Below, in pieces: positions 1-8,445 of a stretch of DNA of 52,021 bases (position 1 is its first letter; each line of letters starts with the position of its first letter). Made by a program: the position numbers and the translations under genes. The DNA is from an uncultured Methylomarinum sp. (lineage in GTDB: Bacteria; Pseudomonadota; Gammaproteobacteria; Methylococcales; Methylomonadaceae), in assembly GCA_964472945.1 (NCBI GenBank), contig CAYYNM010000002.1:1-52021 (forward strand). The letters run 5' to 3'. Under the pieces are notes generated by a model, which did not search any database, was not told where the DNA came from, and was given only the letters and a program-made list of their open reading frames with translations.

Positions 1-74
1 ATAAATAACCTCATAACTTTTGACTTCACCTATCGATATGCTATGGTTTCAAAAATCATAATAAAGAGATCTCC

Positions 75-1175
75 ATGAATTCTGATAAACAACCCTCAAA
101 CCTTACTGCGTATCAACAACCAGTCTATGAAGATGAAATAAGCTTAGTCGACATAGTTAACGTACTTTTGCGCAGAAAAAAACTTATTTTAGGGATAACT
201 ATTTTTGTTATTGGTATTGGCTTGTTCTATGCTTTTAGTCAAAAACGCGTATATCAAGTAGAAACTATATTATCCCCTCCTAGTAATGAAATTATTCAAT
301 CTTTTAATTTGCATAATCTTCAGAATATCAAGAAAAATGATATTTACTCACGTTTTACTCAAGTTATTAAGACAAGAACATTCAGGCAAGAATTTTTTAA
401 TAAATTTAATGTTATTGAAACACTTTCAGATATACCTAAAAATAAAATGACAGCAAGTGAAATTAATAAAACTTTTGAAAACTTTAGTGATTCATTAAAA
501 ATAATTAAAAAAGATAAAAAAGATAAAAAAGATAATATTAAAATTTCCTTAGAAGGGCTTGATAAAGATAAATTAGGGGGCTGGCTAGATGGTTTTGTTG
601 TACTAGCCAATAGCGCAATTGTTAATCAGATTGTGAGTGATATGCGAGCAGGGATAAATTATAAAGTTAAGGACTTAAGATTGAAAATAAAAAACAAAAA
701 ACTTTTTTACAATCAAAGACGTAAAGATGAATTAGAGCGTTTACATGATGATTATCAAATAGCAAAAAATTTAGGAATTACAGAACGCAACGACAGTAAA
801 AATATGATTTCATCTAAGAATAACTTGTCAATATATATGAACGACGCAAAACGTTATATGGAAGGTACAAAAATATTACAAGCTGAAATAAATGCATTAA
901 AAAATAGAAAGTCGGATGACATCTATATAAAAGGCTTACGTGATTTACAGGAACAGTTAGCAATGCTTGAAGTTATAAAAATTGATAAAGATAAGCTGCA
1001 AGCAGTAACTGTTGAGAAAAAAGCTGCCTTAAATATCGAACCGATTCGACCAAATAGAAAATTAATTGTCATACTTTCACTTATTTTAGGTGTGATGTTA
1101 GGAATTTTTGCAGTATTTATTATGGAGTTTATAAGTAGCTTCAAAAGACAAGCTGATAGTGTTGATGTTGTATGA
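75..1175 (+). CDS. wzz: Polysaccharide co-polymerase / O-antigen chain-length determinant (Wzz, PCP-1 family)
   Basis: 366-aa ORF. One N-terminal TM (LILGITIFVIGIGLFYAF) and one C-terminal TM (LIVILSLILGVMLGIFAVFIMEF) bracket a ~290-aa K/D/E-rich, coiled-coil-looking periplasmic region. The ends 'EISLVDIVNVLLRRKKLI' and 'PIRPNRKLIV' look like typical Wzz-domain termini. Confidence 0.8.
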   Translation: MNSDKQPSNLTAYQQPVYEDEISLVDIVNVLLRRKKLILGITIFVIGIGLFYAFSQKRVYQVETILSPPSNEIIQSFNLHNLQNIKKNDIYSRFTQVIKTRTFRQEFFNKFNVIETLSDIPKNKMTASEINKTFENFSDSLKIIKKDKKDKKDNIKISLEGLDKDKLGGWLDGFVVLANSAIVNQIVSDMRAGINYKVKDLRLKIKNKKLFYNQRRKDELERLHDDYQIAKNLGITERNDSKNMISSKNNLSIYMNDAKRYMEGTKILQAEINALKNRKSDDIYIKGLRDLQEQLAMLEVIKIDKDKLQAVTVEKKAALNIEPIRPNRKLIVILSLILGVMLGIFAVFIMEFISSFKRQADSVDVV

Positions 1176-1478
1176 ATCATCAATATAAGTAGGTCTTTAG
1201 GTTGCCTCATGAGTTTGAATATTGCGAGTAGTTGTCATTAAGAGTGAAAATACAGCATAAAATACTATAGAATTATTTAAAATAGGTTTTGCCTGTTTAC
1301 GGCTGCATATATTAAGGTAAAGAAGCCCGTAATAAGTAAAACAACCAGAAGCAGTTGCTAAGGGCAAATAGCTGGACATTCTTAGAAATCTCACCACCAA
1401 ACCCTCAAAATTGTTACGAACTGTAACATAACAGTGACTTCAAAAATAAACCTTGAAACAACATAATAATATGATATT

Positions 1479-1493
1479 GTTCAATGATTGAAC
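1479..1493. promoter_or_regulatory. Inverted repeat GTTCAA-tga-TTGAAC about 20 nt upstream of the MarR-like gene; candidate operator
   Basis: Perfect 6-bp arms with a 3-nt spacer, read directly from the sequence. The position fits an autoregulatory winged-helix operator, but the repeat is short and sits in AT-rich DNA. Confidence 0.2.
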
Positions 1494-1512
1494 GCAAAAG
1501 GACACTGCTAAA

Positions 1513-1863
1513 TTGCAAGATGAAACAGCCTATAAATTGCTCAAACTCATAGAGGCCGAACCTCATTTGAGCCAACGCGAGATTGCGCAAAAAATGGGTG
1601 TTAGTCTTGGCAAAACTAACTATTGCCTAAAGGCTTTAATTGATAAGGGCTTTATAAAACTTCAAAATTTTTATAAAAATAAAAAGAAAAGAGCATATAT
1701 CTATTTCCTTACCCCACAGGGAATAGAAGAAAAAGCCGAAGTGACTTATCGCTTTTTACAAAGAAAAATAAAAGAATATGAAAATATTAAAGTTGAAATT
1801 GAAAGCTTAAAGAATGAAGCAGCTTCAGCAAAAGAAATAGGAATGAAAGATAGTGACAGTTAA
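1513..1863 (+). CDS. MarR-type winged-helix transcriptional regulator of the small EPS-locus-associated kind
   Basis: 116-aa ORF with a TTG start. 'LSQREIAQKMGVSLGKTNYCLKALIDKGFIK' is a helix-turn-helix/wing, and 'YIYFLTPQGIEEKAEVTYRFLQRKIKEYENIK' is a C-terminal helical tail. The size and layout match MarR-like regulators found at the head of exopolysaccharide loci. Confidence 0.7.
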   Translation: MQDETAYKLLKLIEAEPHLSQREIAQKMGVSLGKTNYCLKALIDKGFIKLQNFYKNKKKRAYIYFLTPQGIEEKAEVTYRFLQRKIKEYENIKVEIESLKNEAASAKEIGMKDSDS

Positions 1864-2374
1864 TAATAAAAATCAGACACGCTCCTGGTATCTAGTTGTA
1901 ACAAAACCGAAATCCGAATTTAAAGCCCGAGAAAATTTGCTACGCCAAGGTTATGAAACCTATTTACCCCTCGTACAAACGTCACATCGACGTAATGGAA
2001 AAAATATAAAACGTACTGAAGCTTTTTTCCCACGTTATCTTTTTATCTCTCTCGATAAAGAAACTGATAATTGGGCACCCATTCGTTCAACAATAGGTGT
2101 TGCAGGTATGGTGCGGTTTGGTGGAATGCCAGCCGTCGTTCCTGAAAACATGATCGATAATTTGAAGAGCAATGAAAATGAATTCGGTTTGCAATCATTT
2201 GAAAAGAAAGTATTAAAGCAAGGCGATAAAGTAGAAATTATAAATGGCCCGTTTGAAGGTTATAAGGCTATTTATCAAAAAATGAAAAGCACAGAACGAG
2301 TTTCTGTTTTGTTGGATATTGTAGGAAAAAATACTCAAGTTACTTTGAGTGTGCATGAGCTTGAAATAGCTTAA
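1853..2374 (+). CDS. rfaH: RfaH/NusG-family transcription antiterminator (NGN plus KOW domains)
   Basis: 173 aa. The N-terminal 'WYLVVTKPKSEFKARENLLRQGYETYLP' resembles an RfaH-type NGN start, and 'KQGDKVEIINGPFEGYKAIYQ' is KOW-like. The GTG start overlaps the MarR gene end by 11 nt. A perfect ops site lies 137 nt downstream. Confidence 0.8.
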   Translation: MTVNNKNQTRSWYLVVTKPKSEFKARENLLRQGYETYLPLVQTSHRRNGKNIKRTEAFFPRYLFISLDKETDNWAPIRSTIGVAGMVRFGGMPAVVPENMIDNLKSNENEFGLQSFEKKVLKQGDKVEIINGPFEGYKAIYQKMKSTERVSVLLDIVGKNTQVTLSVHELEIA

Positions 2375-2483
2375 AGAATGCCACCGTTGGTTCCTTCACT
2401 TCCAAGGGAAAGGTTACGACTGCATGGACGCAGGAGGTAGAGCAACGCATGGAGCAGTTGCCGAGGATGGGATGATTATAAAA

Positions 2484-2522
2484 TCTTATACTTGCAGTTA
2501 AGCACGGTAGGGCGGTAGCGTG
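2484..2522 (+). promoter_or_regulatory. JUMPStart-like leader segment
   Basis: 'TTAAGCacGGTAGGGCGGTAGCGTG' has a tandem CGGTAG-gg-CGGTAG. It resembles the conserved TTAAGCC...GGGGCGGTAGCGTG part of the 39-bp JUMPStart element found upstream of polysaccharide operons. This is recalled from memory, not aligned. Confidence 0.55.
2511..2522 (+). promoter_or_regulatory. ops (operon polarity suppressor) element, the RfaH recruitment site
   Basis: Exact GGCGGTAGCGTG on the + (non-template) strand. This matches the 12-nt ops consensus GGCGGTAGNNTG. It lies 45 nt upstream of the first biosynthetic ATG (2567). Confidence 0.85.
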
Positions 2523-2566
2523 TTTAAAATATCAATTAGATAGAAGTTAAATTACAAAAAATTAAT

Positions 2567-3535
2567 ATGAAAAATCCACTGAAAATATATATTGCAGGCC
2601 ACCGTGGCATGGTGGGCTCTGCAATTATGAGAGTTTTACAGCAACAAGGTCAAACTGATTTTGTAACACGCACTCATGCTGAACTTGAACTTACCAATCA
2701 AGCTAAAGTTAGAGGATTTTTTGAGTCTGAAAAGCCAGATCAAGTTTATCTAGCAGCTGCTAAAGTTGGAGGTATATATGCGAATAATGCATATCCGGCT
2801 GAATTTATTTATGACAATTTGATGGTACAAGCAAATGTTATTGATGCCGCATTTAATAGTGGCGTAAAAAAACTGTTATTTCTAGGTTCAAGTTGTATAT
2901 ACCCCAAACTTGCTCAGCAGCCTATGAGTGAGAATGCATTACTTACAGGCTTACTTGAACCAACAAATGAACCTTATGCTGTAGCAAAAATTGCAGGTAT
3001 TAAGCTTTGTGAAAGTTACAATCGCCAGTATGGTGTAAGTCATGGGGTAGATTATCGAAGTGTTATGCCTACTAACCTTTATGGCCAAGGTGATAATTAT
3101 CACCCCGAAAATTCCCATGTTATTCCTGCAATGATTCGTCGATTTCATGAAGCAAAAATCAAGAAATCACCAAACATATTAATTTGGGGAACTGGTACTC
3201 CATTTAGAGAATTTCTTTGTGTAGATGATATGGCGGCTGCATCAGTATATGTAATGAATTTAGATAAAGAAATTTATGAACAATATACTCAACCTATGCT
3301 TAGCCATATTAATGTTGGTGTTGGTCATGACCTCACAATAGCAGCGCTAGCTAAAATAATAGGGAAGGTAGTTGGTTATAAGGGAAAAATTGAATTTGAT
3401 ACTTCAAAACCAGATGGTACACCTCGAAAATTAATGGATAGTACTCGTTTGAATAATCTTGGGTGGCATGCAAAAGTCAAATTAGAAGATGGACTAACGC
3501 TTGCGTATCAGGATTTCTTGAAAAACAATTGTTAA
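2567..3535 (+). CDS. fcl: GDP-L-fucose synthase (GDP-4-keto-6-deoxy-D-mannose 3,5-epimerase/4-reductase)
   Basis: 322 aa. Motifs are '[14 protein letters not shown]' (Rossmann), 'GSSCIYP', 'YAVAKIAG' (YxxxK), 'NLYGQGDNY', '[14 protein letters not shown]' and '[11 protein letters not shown]'. These are collinear with Fcl/WcaG as I remember the family. Confidence 0.88.
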   Translation: MKNPLKIYIAGHRGMVGSAIMRVLQQQGQTDFVTRTHAELELTNQAKVRGFFESEKPDQVYLAAAKVGGIYANNAYPAEFIYDNLMVQANVIDAAFNSGVKKLLFLGSSCIYPKLAQQPMSENALLTGLLEPTNEPYAVAKIAGIKLCESYNRQYGVSHGVDYRSVMPTNLYGQGDNYHPENSHVIPAMIRRFHEAKIKKSPNILIWGTGTPFREFLCVDDMAAASVYVMNLDKEIYEQYTQPMLSHINVGVGHDLTIAALAKIIGKVVGYKGKIEFDTSKPDGTPRKLMDSTRLNNLGWHAKVKLEDGLTLAYQDFLKNNC

Positions 3536-3566
3536 AAACATAATAAAAATCAGCGGATATATTCTA

Positions 3567-5369
3567 GTGGCAAGCAGTAATTCAACCTACCCATCTTCAG
3601 TAAAACTGATCAAGAGACTTTGGCTGCATCTCTCTCAACGTCGTCAAAAACAGTTTTGGATATTACTTGTGTTAATGGTTTTTGCTTCATTTGCTGAAAT
3701 GATTAGTATTGGTGCTACTTTGCCATTTCTTGGTGCGTTAACTGCCCCGGAATCTTTGTTTAATCATCAGTTAATGAAACCTCTTGTTGAACTACTTGCT
3801 TTAACTGAGGCAAGTCAGCTTCTTCTTCCACTAACTATTATTTTTATTTTCGCAGCTTTAGTTTCTGGAGCAATTCGATTGGTTCTTCTCTATGTTATGG
3901 TCCGGTTATCCTTTGCAACGGGGGCTGACCTTGGAATTAATATTTATAGAAAAACACTTTATCAGGAATATGAAATTCATATCGCCCGTAATAGCAGTGA
4001 AATAATCAATGGAATTATTAATAAAACAAGTTTGGTTATTCATAGTGTCATAACACCAACTTTAAGCTTAATTAGTTCAATAATAATGCTCGTGGGAGTA
4101 ATGATTGCTTTGCTTTTAATAGATTTTATTACAGCAATAACTGCTTTTGTAAGTTTTGGTGTTATTTACTGGTTAATAATTCATTTCACCCGACAACAGT
4201 TGTTCGACAATAGTCAGTGTGTAGCGAATGAGTCCAGTCGAATGATAAAGTCCTTACAAGAAGGTTTGGGCGGTATTCGAGATGTACTTATTGATGGCAG
4301 TCAAGAATTTTATTGTCGAGAATTTCAGAATGCAGATCTTCCTCTACGTCGAGCACAAGGTAATAATCAATTTATTAGTAGTAGTCCACGCTATGTATTG
4401 GAGGTGATAGGCATTACTTTGATTGCGATTTTAGCATATATCATGACTCAGCGAGCTGATGGTATCACTACTGCTATCCCTGTACTCGGTGCTTTGGCTC
4501 TTGGAGCACAAAGACTTATGCCAGCATTGCAACTTGCATATGGATCATTGAGCACAATAAAAGGTTCAAAAGTGTCATTGGTAGATGTTTTAGATTTGTT
4601 AGAGCAACCATTACCAAGTGACGCAAATATAACATTTGTATCACCTGTGGTATTTAAACAAAATATTAACTTAAATAATGTTAGTTTTCGTTATGCATCT
4701 GACGCACCATGGGTAGTTAAAGATATTAATCTCAATTTGATCAAAGGTAGTTGTATAGGTTTTATGGGGGTAACAGGTAGTGGCAAGAGCACTCTAATCG
4801 ATATTATTATGGGGCTATTGCCACCTACAGTAGGAGGACTTGTCATTGATGGACAAGAAATCACTACAGCGAATCGACGTGCCTGGCAGTCCCATATTGC
4901 CCATGTGCCACAGAACATCTATCTCTCTGATAGTACTATCGAGGAAAATATCGCTTTTGGTTTACCTAAAGATCAGATTAACTTTAAGCGTGTTCAGCAA
5001 GCAGCACGTCAGGCACAGATTGCAGATTTAATTGAAGGTTGGCCGAAAAAATATCAGACATTTGTTGGCGAACGTGGAATACGGCTTTCTGGTGGCCAAC
5101 GGCAACGCATAGGTATAGCCCGTGCTCTTTACAAACAGTCAGATGTTATTATCTTTGATGAAGCGACGAGTGCATTGGATAATGAAACAGAGCTAGCCGT
5201 GATGGAGGCAATTGAGTCTTTAGGGAGTGATTTGACTATCATAATTATTGCACATCGATTAACTACTTTGAAAAATTGTGATCAGATTATTGAAATGGGA
5301 AATAATAGCATTCTACGTGTTGGGAAGTATGATGAGCTGATTGATGCTTTTTATAAGAGAAAAACTTAA
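3567..5369 (+). CDS. Fused TMD-NBD ABC exporter (MsbA/PglK-like half transporter)
   Basis: 600 aa with a GTG start. The N-terminal half has ~6 hydrophobic helices. The C-terminal NBD has Walker A 'GVTGSGKST', signature 'LSGGQRQR', Walker B 'IIFDEATSALD' and H-loop 'IIAHR'. Confidence 0.85.
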   Translation: MASSNSTYPSSVKLIKRLWLHLSQRRQKQFWILLVLMVFASFAEMISIGATLPFLGALTAPESLFNHQLMKPLVELLALTEASQLLLPLTIIFIFAALVSGAIRLVLLYVMVRLSFATGADLGINIYRKTLYQEYEIHIARNSSEIINGIINKTSLVIHSVITPTLSLISSIIMLVGVMIALLLIDFITAITAFVSFGVIYWLIIHFTRQQLFDNSQCVANESSRMIKSLQEGLGGIRDVLIDGSQEFYCREFQNADLPLRRAQGNNQFISSSPRYVLEVIGITLIAILAYIMTQRADGITTAIPVLGALALGAQRLMPALQLAYGSLSTIKGSKVSLVDVLDLLEQPLPSDANITFVSPVVFKQNINLNNVSFRYASDAPWVVKDINLNLIKGSCIGFMGVTGSGKSTLIDIIMGLLPPTVGGLVIDGQEITTANRRAWQSHIAHVPQNIYLSDSTIEENIAFGLPKDQINFKRVQQAARQAQIADLIEGWPKKYQTFVGERGIRLSGGQRQRIGIARALYKQSDVIIFDEATSALDNETELAVMEAIESLGSDLTIIIIAHRLTTLKNCDQIIEMGNNSILRVGKYDELIDAFYKRKT

Positions 5370-5424
5370 TAGCAGTATTAAATAGTGAGAAGTTAACAAT
5401 GACAAATTCTAAAATAGGTAATAA

Positions 5425-6405
5425 ATGAAAAGGGCTCTCATTACAGGTGCGGATGGTTTTATCGGGTCACATCTGACAGAAATGCTTGTAGCTAAAGGAT
5501 ATAAGGTTAAGGCGCTTTCTCAGTATAATTCTTTTAACAACTGGGGTTGGCTAGAAGGTGTTAATTGCAAAGAACAAATCGAAGTGTTAACTGGCGATAT
5601 ACGTGACCCCCATTACTGTAAACATATTACAAAAGATGTAGATATCATTTTCCATCTGGCAGCACTTATTGCGATTCCTTATTCTTATGTAGCACCTGAT
5701 AGTTATGTGGATACAAATATAAAAGGCACGCTGAATATTTGCCAAGCAGCCAAAGAAAATGGCGTTGCCCGTGTTATTCATACTTCAACGAGTGAAGTGT
5801 ATGGTACTGCGCAATATGTCCCTATCGATGAAAATCACCCATTGCAACCTCAATCGCCTTATAGTGCAACTAAGATTGCTGCCGATGCGATGGCTATGAG
5901 CTTTTATAATGCTTTTGATTTACCTGTAACGATCGCAAGACCTTTTAATACTTATGGACCACGCCAATCAGCGCGTGCTGTAATCCCAACAATTATCACG
6001 CAAATCGCTACAGGTAAAAAAGAAATTAAGTTAGGAGATGTATCGCCTACTCGTGACTTTAATTATGTTGAAGATACTTGTCGTGGATTTATTATGCTTG
6101 CAGAGAGTGATGCGACCATTGGCGAGACAATTAATATTGGTTCCAATACAGAAATAAGTATTGGCGATACACTTCAATTAATTAAAGAATTAATGTCTAG
6201 CGATGTTACCTTTACGTATGATGAACAACGAAAACGACCAGAAAAGTCAGAGGTTTTCCGACTTTGGTGTGATAATAAAAAAATTGAAGAGTTAATAGGT
6301 TATAAGTCACAGATTGATATTCGAAATGGACTACAAAAGACTATTGATTGGATTACTCAAGCAGATAATCTGAAAATGTATAAAGCAGAAATTTATAATG
6401 TTTGA
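5425..6405 (+). CDS. legB: Extended-SDR NDP-HexNAc 4,6-dehydratase, LegB-like
   Basis: 326 aa. Motifs are 'ITGADGFIGSHL', 'ALSQYNSFNNWGWLE', 'TSTSEVYG', 'YSATKIAAD' (YxxxK) and 'ARPFNTYGPRQSARAVIPTIITQI'. The pattern matches my recollection of the LegB family dehydratase of legionaminic acid pathways. Confidence 0.75.
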   Translation: MKRALITGADGFIGSHLTEMLVAKGYKVKALSQYNSFNNWGWLEGVNCKEQIEVLTGDIRDPHYCKHITKDVDIIFHLAALIAIPYSYVAPDSYVDTNIKGTLNICQAAKENGVARVIHTSTSEVYGTAQYVPIDENHPLQPQSPYSATKIAADAMAMSFYNAFDLPVTIARPFNTYGPRQSARAVIPTIITQIATGKKEIKLGDVSPTRDFNYVEDTCRGFIMLAESDATIGETINIGSNTEISIGDTLQLIKELMSSDVTFTYDEQRKRPEKSEVFRLWCDNKKIEELIGYKSQIDIRNGLQKTIDWITQADNLKMYKAEIYNV

Positions 6406-7546
6406 TGGTTTTATTGACTTTGTTCGAGAAATTTATGGGACAAATGATTTTATACCATTACACGAACCTCGGTTTTCTGGCAATGAAAAAAAATATTTGA
6501 TGGATACTATTGATTCTACATTTGTATCCAGCGTAGGTAAGTATGTTGATGATTTCGAATTAGCTGTTGCGGAATATACAGGTGCTAACTATGCTATTGC
6601 CACGGTAAATGGCACCGCTGCACTTCATACGGCATTAATTTTGGCCGGTGTGCAAAATAATGATGAAGTGATTACACAGTCGTTAACATTTGTCGCAACT
6701 TGTAATGCTATTCGTTATTGTAATGCAGAACCTGTATTTGTAGATGTAAGTAAAGAAACACTTGGGCTTTCAGCTGAAAGCATGTCTGCTTTTCTCGAAG
6801 AAAACTGTGAAGTGCGGAATGATGGTTATTGTTGGAATAAACGTTCTAATAAAACTGTTCGAGCGTGTATCCCTATGCATACCTTTGGATTTCCTGTTGA
6901 GTTAGATGCAATAAGTCAATTGTGCCATCGCTACAATATTACTTTAATAGAAGATGCTGCTGAGTCGCTTGGAAGTGTATATAAGGGACAACACACAGGA
7001 ACGGTAGGAAAAATTTCTGCAATAAGTTTTAATGGAAATAAAATTATTACTACCGGTGGCGGTGGCATGTTGTTAACAAATGATAAAACTTTAGCAGAGA
7101 AAGCAAAACACATTACAACCACAGCTAAAGTTATGCATAAATGGTCTTTTGAACATGATGAAGTGGGATTTAACTATCGACTACCGAACCTAAATGCAGC
7201 CTTAGGATTGGCGCAGATGGAATTATTGCCAAAAATTTTAGAAGGAAAACGTATAGTTGCAGAAAAATACCAGGAATGGGGGGAGGTTAATGGCATTGAA
7301 TTCATTAAAGAGCCTGAGCAGACAAAGGCTAACTACTGGTTAAACACCATTATAACCAAGGACTTATCTCAGCGAGATACGCTGTTGGAGCAGACAAACA
7401 ATAATGGTGTAATGACTCGTCCTGCATGGACACCGATGCATAAATTACCAATGAATTTACAATGCCAGACAACTAAGTTAACTAATACTGATTGGTTACA
7501 TCAACGGTTAGTGAGTGTGCCTAGTAGTTTGCCTCATGTTTTGTGA
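6398..7546 (+). CDS. legC: DegT/PLP-dependent sugar aminotransferase, LegC-like
   Basis: 382 aa with an ATGA-type overlap with legB. Motifs are 'IPLHEPRFSGNEKKYLMDTIDSTFVSSVGKYVDDFE' and 'ISFNGNKIITTGGGGML' (PLP-lysine block). The position directly after a LegB-like gene supports the call. Confidence 0.78.
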   Translation: MFDGFIDFVREIYGTNDFIPLHEPRFSGNEKKYLMDTIDSTFVSSVGKYVDDFELAVAEYTGANYAIATVNGTAALHTALILAGVQNNDEVITQSLTFVATCNAIRYCNAEPVFVDVSKETLGLSAESMSAFLEENCEVRNDGYCWNKRSNKTVRACIPMHTFGFPVELDAISQLCHRYNITLIEDAAESLGSVYKGQHTGTVGKISAISFNGNKIITTGGGGMLLTNDKTLAEKAKHITTTAKVMHKWSFEHDEVGFNYRLPNLNAALGLAQMELLPKILEGKRIVAEKYQEWGEVNGIEFIKEPEQTKANYWLNTIITKDLSQRDTLLEQTNNNGVMTRPAWTPMHKLPMNLQCQTTKLTNTDWLHQRLVSVPSSLPHVL

Positions 7547-7575
7547 CAGTTTTGTTGGGTAAAAGAAAAAATGAA

Positions 7576-8445
7576 ATGGTTGTTGTTGGAACTGTTTACC
7601 CTGGTATTGAGAAATATATAAGTGATTATTTTTTGTCACTAAACAATCAAAGTATGAATGAATTTGATGTTCTTATTGCAAATGATGGTTTGAGTGAATT
7701 TGAGATAACATTAGATTCAAACAAGCATTTATGCAAGAGCTTAAATGTTAATGGAACTATTTCATCCAATAGAAGAAATGTTATTAGTCATGCAATTGAA
7801 ATGGGATACAAGAAAATAGTATTTACAGATTGCGATGATACATTTGAACAAAACCGAATAGAAGTTTTATGTGAGCTTCTTGGTAGAAATGCAGTCGTAG
7901 TGAATGACCTTGATCTAACCAATGAAGATGGAATACAACAAACAACTAAATATTTTTCTCAACGATTTAATGATGCTGATAAAATTAATGAGAACATGAT
8001 TCGTACCGGAAATATAATGGGTTTATCTAATACAGCTGTTTGTATTGAAGCTCTCAACGATATACCGGCCTTGATAGAAGGAGACTCTATTGCCTTTGAT
8101 TGGTATTTATGGGCTTGCGTTTTTCAATCAGGAATTGATGCGCTCTTTACTAGTAAAACATCAACTAAATATCGAGTTTATGGCAAAAATACGGCAGGGC
8201 TGCCGCAGGTACTTAATGAAAGTAATGTTCGTAAAGGTATAGAGGTAAAGCAGCAGCATTATAAGTTAATGAGTAAGTTTAATCGTGTATATGATGAATT
8301 ACACTGTGAATTTGAAGAGCTAAGTGGTAAATGGAAAAATAAGACTTGGCGAAATGAGTATATTAACGCACTAAAAGATAATTTTATTGGAAATCACATG
8401 TGGTGGGAAAATATACGGCCGCCATCAGAGGTAGGATTAGTATGA
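7576..8445 (+). CDS. GT-A-fold (DxD) glycosyltransferase-like protein, specificity unknown
   Basis: The ORF is open from GTG 7543; ATG 7576 gives 'MVVVGTVYPGIEKY...FDVLIANDGL', typical of a GT2-like N-terminus. 'FTDCDD' is a DxD candidate. I recognise no closer family. Confidence 0.45.
   Translation: MVVVGTVYPGIEKYISDYFLSLNNQSMNEFDVLIANDGLSEFEITLDSNKHLCKSLNVNGTISSNRRNVISHAIEMGYKKIVFTDCDDTFEQNRIEVLCELLGRNAVVVNDLDLTNEDGIQQTTKYFSQRFNDADKINENMIRTGNIMGLSNTAVCIEALNDIPALIEGDSIAFDWYLWACVFQSGIDALFTSKTSTKYRVYGKNTAGLPQVLNESNVRKGIEVKQQHYKLMSKFNRVYDELHCEFEELSGKWKNKTWRNEYINALKDNFIGNHMWWENIRPPSEVGLV

Noticed and set aside
1197-1400. 67-aa minus-strand ORF in the wzz to MarR intergenic region
   Set aside because: It has no recognisable motif or RBS and is short. 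The region is more plausibly the promoter/leader for the regulator pair. A small protein cannot be excluded, but I cannot support one.
2378-2440. 20-codon Arg-rich ORF (MPPLVPSLPRERLRLHGRRR) in the GC-rich leader; considered as a leader peptide
   Set aside because: It has no convincing Shine-Dalgarno sequence and no known precedent in RfaH/ops leaders. At this length it could easily arise by chance.
8400-8441. Upstream extensions of several track ORFs (8400, 7543, 11797, 14134, 16576, 28599, 43024, 48548) as true N-termini
   Set aside because: In each case an internal ATG/GTG/TTG gives a canonical family N-terminus and/or a stop-start overlap or an RBS (for example GAGG before 8442 and the ATGA at 11833). 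The extensions overlap the preceding gene. The exact starts remain unverified.
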